From the human T2T-CHM13v2.0 reference genome, Homo sapiens, in the NCBI RefSeq assembly GCF_009914755.1, contig NC_060927.1: a stretch of DNA of 64,000 nucleotides; one strand, 5' to 3'. The notes under the pieces were generated by a model. It had not been told where the DNA came from and made no database searches. It worked only from the letters and a program-made list of their open reading frames with translations. Positions within the stretch are counted from its first letter, which is position 1. The number at the start of each line of letters is the position of its first letter. Made by a program: the position numbers and the translations under genes. Of this stretch, positions 56,053 through 64,000 are shown piece by piece.

Positions 56053-59000
56053 TTTTTTTTAATTTTATTTTTTCATAAGTTTTTGGGGTACAGATGGTAT
56101 TTGTTTACCTGAGTAAGTTCTTTACTGGTGATTTGTGATATTTTGCACCCATCACCAAGCAGTATACACTGCATCATGTTTGTAATCTTTTATCCCTCGC
56201 TCCTCCCACTCTTCCCCCCAAGTCCCCAGAGTCCATTGTATCATTCTTACGCCTCTGTGACCTCATACTTTACCTCATCCATATCTGTGAGAACATAACA
56301 CTGTTTGGTTTTCCATTCCTGAGTTACTTGACTTGGAATAATAGTCTGCAACGTCATTTAGGTCACTGCAAACGCTGTTAATTCATTCCTTTTTATAACT
56401 GCGTAGTCTTCCATCATATATATATACCACCGTTTCTTTATCCACTCGTTGATTGATGGGCATTTGGGTTAGTTCCACGATTTTGCAATTGTGAATTGTG
56501 CTGCTATAAACATGCGTGTGCAAGTGTCTTTTTCAAATAATGACTTATTTTCCTCTGGGGAGATACCCAGTAATGAGATTGCTGGATCAAATAGCAGTTC
56601 TACTTTTTGTTCTTTAAGGAATCTCCACACTGTTTTCCATAGTGACTCTACTAGTTTACATTCCCACCAGCAGTGTAGAAGTGTTCCCTGTTCACCGCAT
56701 CCACACCAACATCTGTTTTTCTATTTTTTTTTTTTTTGTTACAGCCATTCTTGCAGGAGTAAGGTGATAACATATTGTACTTTGGATGTGCATTTTCATG
56801 ATCATTAGTAATGCTGAGTATTTTTTCATATGTTTATTGGCCATTTGCATATCTTCTGAGAATTGTATATTCATGTCCTTAGCCCACTTTTTCATAGGAT
56901 TGTTTGATTTTTTTCTTACTGATTTGTTTGAGTTCATTGTATATTCTGGATATTAGTTCATTGTCAGATGTATAGATTGTGAAGATTTTCTCCCACTCTG
57001 TGGGTTGTCTGTTTACTCTCCTGGCTGTTCCTTTTGCCATGCAAAACTCTTTAGTTTTGTTAGGTCCCAGCTATTTATCTTTGTTTTTATTTCATTTGCT
57101 TTTGGGTTCTTGGTCATGAAATCCTTGCCTAAGCCAATGTCTAGAAGGGTATTTTTTCCCCTATGTTATCTTCTAAAAATTTTAGTTTCTGATCTTAGAT
57201 TTAAGTCTTTAATCCATCTTGAGTTGATTTTTGTATAAGGTGAGAGATGAGGATCCAGTTTAATTCTCCTACATGTGGCTAGCCAATTATCCCAGCACAG
57301 CATCTGTTGAAAGGGTGTCCTTTTTTTTTTTTGCTTTGTCAAAGATCAGTTAGCTGTAAACATTTGGGTTTATTCCTGGGTTCTCTATTCTGTTCCTTTG
57401 GTCTATGTGCCTACTACTATATCAGTACTGTTTTGGTGACTATGGCCTTACGGTATACTTTGAAATCAGGTATTGTGATACCTTCTTTTGTTCTTTTTTG
57501 CTTAGTCTTGCTTTGGCTATGTGGGCTATTTTTTGGTTCCATATGGATTTCAGAATTGTTTTTTTCTAATTCTGTGAAGAATGATGGTGGTATTTTGATG
57601 GGGATTGTGTTGAATTTGTAGATTGCTCTTGGCAGTATGGTAATTGTCACAATATTAGTTCTACCCATCCATGAGCATGGGATGTGTTTCCATTTGTTTG
57701 TGTCATCTACCATTTCTTTCAGCAGTATTTTGCAGTTTTCCTCGTAGAGGTCTTTCAACTCCTTGGTTAAATATATTCTTAAGTATATATGTATATATAT
57801 ATGTATATATGTAATATGTATATATATATATATATATATATTTGCAGCTATTGTAAAATGGGTTGACTTCTTGATTTGATTCTCTGCTTGGTCACTGTTA
57901 GTGCATAGAAGAGCTACTGTTTTGTGTACATTAATCTCGTATCCAGAAATTTTGCTGAATTCTTTTATCAGTTCTAGGAGCTTTCTGGAGGAATTCTTGG
58001 GGTTTTCAACGTAAATGATCATACCATCAGCAAACAGTGATAGCTTGACTTCCCCTGTACTGATGCGGATGCCCTTTATTTCTTTCTCTTGTCTGATGGC
58101 TCTGGCTGGGATTTCCAGTACTGTGTTGAAGAGGAGTGGTGAGAGTGGGCATCCTTGTCTTGATGCAGTTCCCAGAGGGAATGCTTTCAATTTTTCCCCA
58201 TTCAGTATTATGTTGGCTGTGGGTTTGTCACAGATGGCTTTTATTACAGTAGGGTATGTCCTTTGTATGCTGATTTTGCTGAGAATTTTGATAGTAAAGC
58301 GATGCTGGATTTTGTCAAATGCTTTTTCTACATCTATTGAGATGATCACGTGATTATTGTTGTAAATTCTGTTTATGTGGTGTATCACATTTATTGACTT
58401 ACATATATTAAACCATCCATCCCTGCATCCGTGGTATGAAACCCACTTGATCATGGTGGATTATCCTTTTGATATTTTGTTGGATTTTGTTACCTAGTAT
58501 TTTGTTAAGGATTTTAGAATCTATGTTCATGAAAGATATCAGTCTGTAGTTTTCTTTTTTGGTTATGTCCTTTCTTGCTTTGGGTATTAGGGTGAGTCTG
58601 AGTTAATGAGTTAGGGAGGGTTCCTTCTTTCTGTATCTTGTGGAGTAGGGTCAAAAGGATTGGTACCAGTTCTTCTTTGAATGTCTGGTAGAATTCTGCT
58701 GTGAATCCATCTGGTCCTGGACTTCTTTTGTAGGTAATTTTTAAATTACCATTTCAATCGCGCTGCTTATTATTGGTCTGTTCAGGGTATCAATTCTCCC
58801 TGATTTAAGCTAGGAGGGTTGCATTTTTCCAGGATTGTATTCATCTCTTTTAGGTCTTCTAGTTTATGTGCATAAAGGTGTTCATAGTAGCCTTGAGTAA
58901 TCTTTTGTATTTCAGTGGTGTCAGTTGTAATATCTCCTGTTTCGTTTCTTAGTGAGGTTATTTGGATTTTCTCTCTTCTATTCTTGGGTTAATCTTCCTG

Positions 59001-59597
59001 ATGGTCTATTGTAGCTGGCTGCCACTATTACTACTTGAGACCATCACTACAGCAGTTATTACTGTTACTGCTTGAGACCATCATTACAGCAGTTACTACT
59101 GTTACCACTTGAGATCATCGTTACAAGACTGAACGAAGGGAGGAACGTAGAAATGAAAACTTAAAGCAAAAGAAACTGTTCTAAGGAAAGGCAACACGGG
59201 GAGAAGAAGAGCACTCCCTGCTTCTAGAGAGCAAAGACAACCCCCCTTGAGCTCCTGCAGCCCTTCTTATTTATTGGGTAACAAGAGCAAGGAGGAGGAG
59301 GTAATGATTAGTCAGCTGCTTAATTGATCACAGGTTCATATTATTACTAACTGGCTTCAGATGTACCTAATCACAAAAAACATTTGTGCGGCCTACAACA
59401 GTCCATCAATTTTATTCATCTTTTCAAAGAAGCAGCTTTTGGTTTTATTTATCTTTTGTATTGTTTTATTTGTTTCCATTTCATTTAGTTCTGCTCAGAT
59501 CTTGGTTATTTCCTTTCTTCTGCTGGGTTTGGGTTTGTTTGTTCTTGTTTCTGTAGTTCTTTGAGGTGTGACCTTAGATTGTTTGTGCTCTTTCAGA
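56053..59597 (-). mobile_element. 5'-truncated L1PB1-like LINE-1, interrupted by a (TA)n tract and an LTR
   Basis: 3' end TTTTTGGGGTACAGATGGTATTTG...GAGTAAGTTCTTTA; ORF2 remnant of 345 aa ([26 protein letters not shown]). Confidence 0.94.
59010..59400 (-). mobile_element. Solo ERV LTR, probably ERVK class (LTR3/HML-6-like)
   Basis: 391-bp insert with TG...CA ends and 6-bp TSD GTCTAT/GTCCAT splitting contiguous L1 sequence; family name from memory. Confidence 0.7.
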
Positions 59598-60603
59598 CAT
59601 TAGAAGGCTATTAAGAACAACTTTAAATTATTTATGGCATTCACTGATTTTTTTAAAATTATAATTTCATAGATTGTAACAATTTATGGGCCAGAATACT
59701 TTGTGAGGGTATGTAAATCTAAAGATTCAATTGCTCATTCAGAGACATTTTCTTCAACAACACGTCAACAAATTAGATGGGTCACATGGATTCTCAAGAT
59801 AATAATTTTTACTGTTAAATGACAAAAAGTATATAGGCCTATGCACAAGGACAAATTATCAGAATTTAGAAAAAATAGTCATTTACCCACACTCTTTTAT
59901 AAAAAGGAAAGATAAGAAAAGAAATCCTCTGGTCTAGTTTGTCTTAGTGTTGTATTCTGCAACTGGCTTCAGGAACATCTTTTTTTTTTTTTTCCAGTAC
60001 AAGAACTTAATAATAGCCTTGCCAAAATATGTCACTGCCTTTGCTGACACTCTAAAACATTTAATTTGACATTTAACAATGCATTTCATGAAGAAATAAA
60101 TATATTAGATATCAACTTTTACACAAAAAATAATATGTTAACATTAACATCACATTACACTTATTTTTAGCAGTTTTACCCCAAAATTGGCATCAAATGC
60201 TACTGAAGTTTTCTTGGTCAATGTGGTCTCCTCTATACTTTTTGAAGTGGATGTTTGAAGTTGCTGTTGAGTATATGTTCCAAAACTCTTTAAGATCATA
60301 AAAGATTTATATAGAAAAGCCTTGGTTTTGCATTGAAATACTTAAATGTTCTACTTTTATGCAGATAATATAATTAAACCTTTATTTTTCCTTATTAAAT
60401 TGTGTGAAATATACACAAAGAAAATGTAAAATTCATTTAAAGTAACTGCCAAGTGAACTCTGATATTATCTATCACTCCTATCCAGAAATAGCACATTCC
60501 CAACATCCCAGAGGACTCCAGATGCTCTTGCAAATGACAACCTCCTCTCGGCACCTTAAGGCTGTATAAATAGTATTATTTTGTTCTTAATTAAGAATCA
60601 CGT

Positions 60604-60933
<330 letters not shown>

Positions 60934-62859
60934 TCATGTTTCTATTCTATATAATGAAGTTTAATTGTTTGTTTTTGGAACTTTTAAGTGTATAGACATG
61001 ATATATATGTTGGGAGTATTTTATTTCTTCAATATTAACTTTTTAAGATTTTACACTTTATCATATGTAAGCACAATATATTTTTTTTATTTTGAATAGC
61101 ACTGAAAACTTTACTTTTACAGAAAAAATGGTAACTTGGTCACCTATGTACCTATTGTGTAAAACATAAACTTTTACATTCAATCAATGCCATGTTAGTT
61201 AATTATCTGTTTGGAATCCTATATTACCTACTAACACCTCAAAGCTCAACTGAAACAATGTATATTGAAATTCTATGTGGCATGCTTTGCCTTACTATCT
61301 CTAGAGTTTGATATATTATATTATCATCTTATTATCTCAGATATTTACATGCCTGGAATATAACGTGCCAGTTCCCCTTGCATTCCTAAAACGACAATTG
61401 GTTATTCTCATAAGCTTATTAAGGGTAATATTTAAAATAATAATAAGAATAATTTTTGCTTCATCCTCATAAAATTATTGTTTTTGAAATTTTCCTGAAT
61501 ACTTGACAAAAAATTCAACGAATCAAAATAAAAATTCTATTGTATTACCTGCACAGAAGTAGAATAAGTATTTCAAAGTTGCATTTTATAGATTCATTCA
61601 ATTAATCATTCTCAAATAAACATATCTTAATTAATTTATGAATTTGCTTATGTTAAATAAGAATTATTTTTATGCTTTGGCAACCAAGAATACCTAAAAT
61701 TAGTTTTTTCATTTATTTGCAGTAACAATTAACCTGGGTTGTCTAGTGCTTCCTTTTATTACCTTGTCATTCATTTTTTATCTTTTTTTTTGTTTGAATG
61801 TTACCTTGAGGTTTTTTATCTGTGTGTACATATGTATGTAAACTATATGTGTGTTTATATATATGTAACTTATATGTGTGCATATAAAATATAATATATG
61901 CACATATAATACTTTTGGGATATGAACATGTAATTTGTGCTTATATCTATTCCCCTTATAATAAGTGCCATCAAATCCTATATTTTGAATTATAGGAAGT
62001 ATAAGTATAGAAAGCTAGGTGTGTTACTGAATATTTGAGCTTGATGATCTTTTGAATCCTTGTATTATCTGCTTATATGTTTAAAATACATTGCCTATAA
62101 AAGGAGCCATAATGGAAATGATAATTATGTCATTTAAAATATCTATACTGACAATGTATACCATAATCTATGTTTTCCCATCTGACTTCACATTTTGGTA
62201 TAAAAATGGGAGAAAAAAATTTCCATTCGTCAATTATTTTCTCATTAATTTCTAAAGATTATATTTCTATATGCCACATTAATTTTAGACTTTCTGATTT
62301 GAACATAACAAAATCCATACAAGATGCTCCACATTATTGGAAACTGTCTCAACTTAGAGGTTATAGGACTCATAAACTTTCGGAATGATATTTTCATTAG
62401 TCTTGGCTCACTCTTCCTTATAATGGACTGTTGCACATTGTTTTACACTGTATCATCTCACAGACCTCACAATTTCCTCCTCAATTGGTTTTCAGATTTT
62501 CTCCTTCATAACCTCCGACCTCTCTCAGCATTCCTTCCTTGGAAATTTTTATAATAAATTATAATACAATAAGAATTCCCATAATACGTTTCTATTTTAG
62601 TTATTTTGCTTTATCTTCTGCTGCTCCTTATTTATTCTCTCAATGTCTCACTACTCTCTGAATGTAATGGTATACTTGGTTCTTTGTTTTTATGCATATA
62701 TCCTTTCTGTCTCTAGATGAGTTTTCTTTGTGTGATTTTTCTTTTATCAAATTATTATTTATACATTTATAGACACATTTCCTTAGTGAATTATTCTCTG
62801 ACTCTCCCAAGCTAAATTAGTTGTTTTCTATGCCTTCATCAAATTTAAAAGGGAGACCA

Positions 62860-63115
62860 TACAATTAGGCTCCTTGTATGAAAACCAAGGTCTGCTACTC
62901 ACTTACTGTGTGACTTTGAGAGAATTCTGTATCTTTGTGTCTTGATATCATAATCCACAATATGAAAATACTAAAGAGTCAAATTTTTTGTTGTCATCAT
63001 TCCACAGGAAATATTAACACACATCATGGGGTTGTGGAAATCATTTCATTAAAATTTATTCAATGGTTTTAGAAATATGCTTGGCATATATTAAATTATC
63101 AATATCAGTTATTTT
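62860..63115 (+). mobile_element. MIR
   Basis: CTGCTACTCACTTACTGTGTGACTTTG...CATGGGGTTGTGG...TTAGAAATATGCTTGGCATAT. Confidence 0.6.
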
Positions 63116-64000
63116 CACTATTAAAATATTGCCGTCTTTAATCCATTCTATATTTTCTATTTTCTATATTTAGCTTTCTGACTATATTTTAAGCTTTACA
63201 GTGGCAGGAGGTGCTATTTAAATTTCTATCCTTATTGTCTCTCATAGTAAAAAAATGTGAGTTAAGCAATATGTTTATTAAATAGGTAGAGCTTACTGCC
63301 TCAAAATTACCAAGTAATTATTGTTGAACTTTACAATTCACACTCAATAATCTTTTCTTGTTGTAAAATAGAAAACCCTTGAGTGGAATTATTGATTTCT
63401 TTCTAATCCAACCTGTGGTTTTCATGAAGCCTAAGTATAATAAGGAAAGTGCTGGGCCCCATTAGAATATTTCTGGTTAAATGAAGCCTTTTAAATGTAT
63501 TATAACTGTACTACTGGATTAAAATGTGAAAAAAGAACACTTTTTAATTGATAACATAGACTTTAAAACTATTCTATTTTGTGTCATTCCAAATAATAAA
63601 ATCTTAAAATTTGTTAATTTAGAATGTGGTTAACTGACAAGTTTTAGTTTTGTAGATACAATATTAATAAATAAGCTATTGTTATTCTTGAAATAATTTA
63701 TTTAACACTTCCCAAGAAAAAGAGGCAAAAGTACAAATGTAGATATCCAACTTAAGCAGAATAAGTAAAAGCTGTATAAGAATCCCTTCTCTTCATGATC
63801 AATTTATTTCCATGGAAGGCTTTATAAAAGAGTCTCAGAAATAATCTATGGATAAACATACTACATTTCTATTTCCTGCAATACAGGGTTAGGAATGTTT
63901 GGCTTTCACTGTTAGAAATGAATGAGATTAAAGTTCTTTTATTAATAACCCTACAATGTCCTCTAAAGGTTCAAGTGAAAGGAAGATTCACAGATCTCTC

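Overview
AT-rich, gene-poor primate (most likely human) intergenic or deep-intronic DNA. I find no supportable protein-coding gene, RNA gene, CRISPR array or CpG island. All longer ORFs in the supplied track are Alu, L1 or LTR sequence, or chance ORFs in AT-rich DNA. A large share of the window is transposon-derived: 10 Alus; a near full-length but dead L1PA7-type LINE-1 (39.7-46.5 kb); several truncated L1s; a complete THE1 (MaLR) element; several solo LTRs; Tigger and MER58 DNA transposons; and old MIR/L2 fragments. Repeat subfamily names are recalled from consensus sequences and need Dfam/RepeatMasker confirmation. I see no evidence of a new multi-gene biological system. The best leads are a ~90-bp-arm inverted repeat hidden in a (TA)n tract, a three-level transposon nest built on a 5'-inverted (twin-primed) L1, a triplicated 60-bp unit resembling a splice acceptor, an unexplained GC-elevated segment at 8.5-8.96 kb, a PBX/HOX-MEIS motif cluster at 16.7-17.0 kb, two CTCF-like sites, and a solo THE1 LTR with a perfect DUX4 motif.
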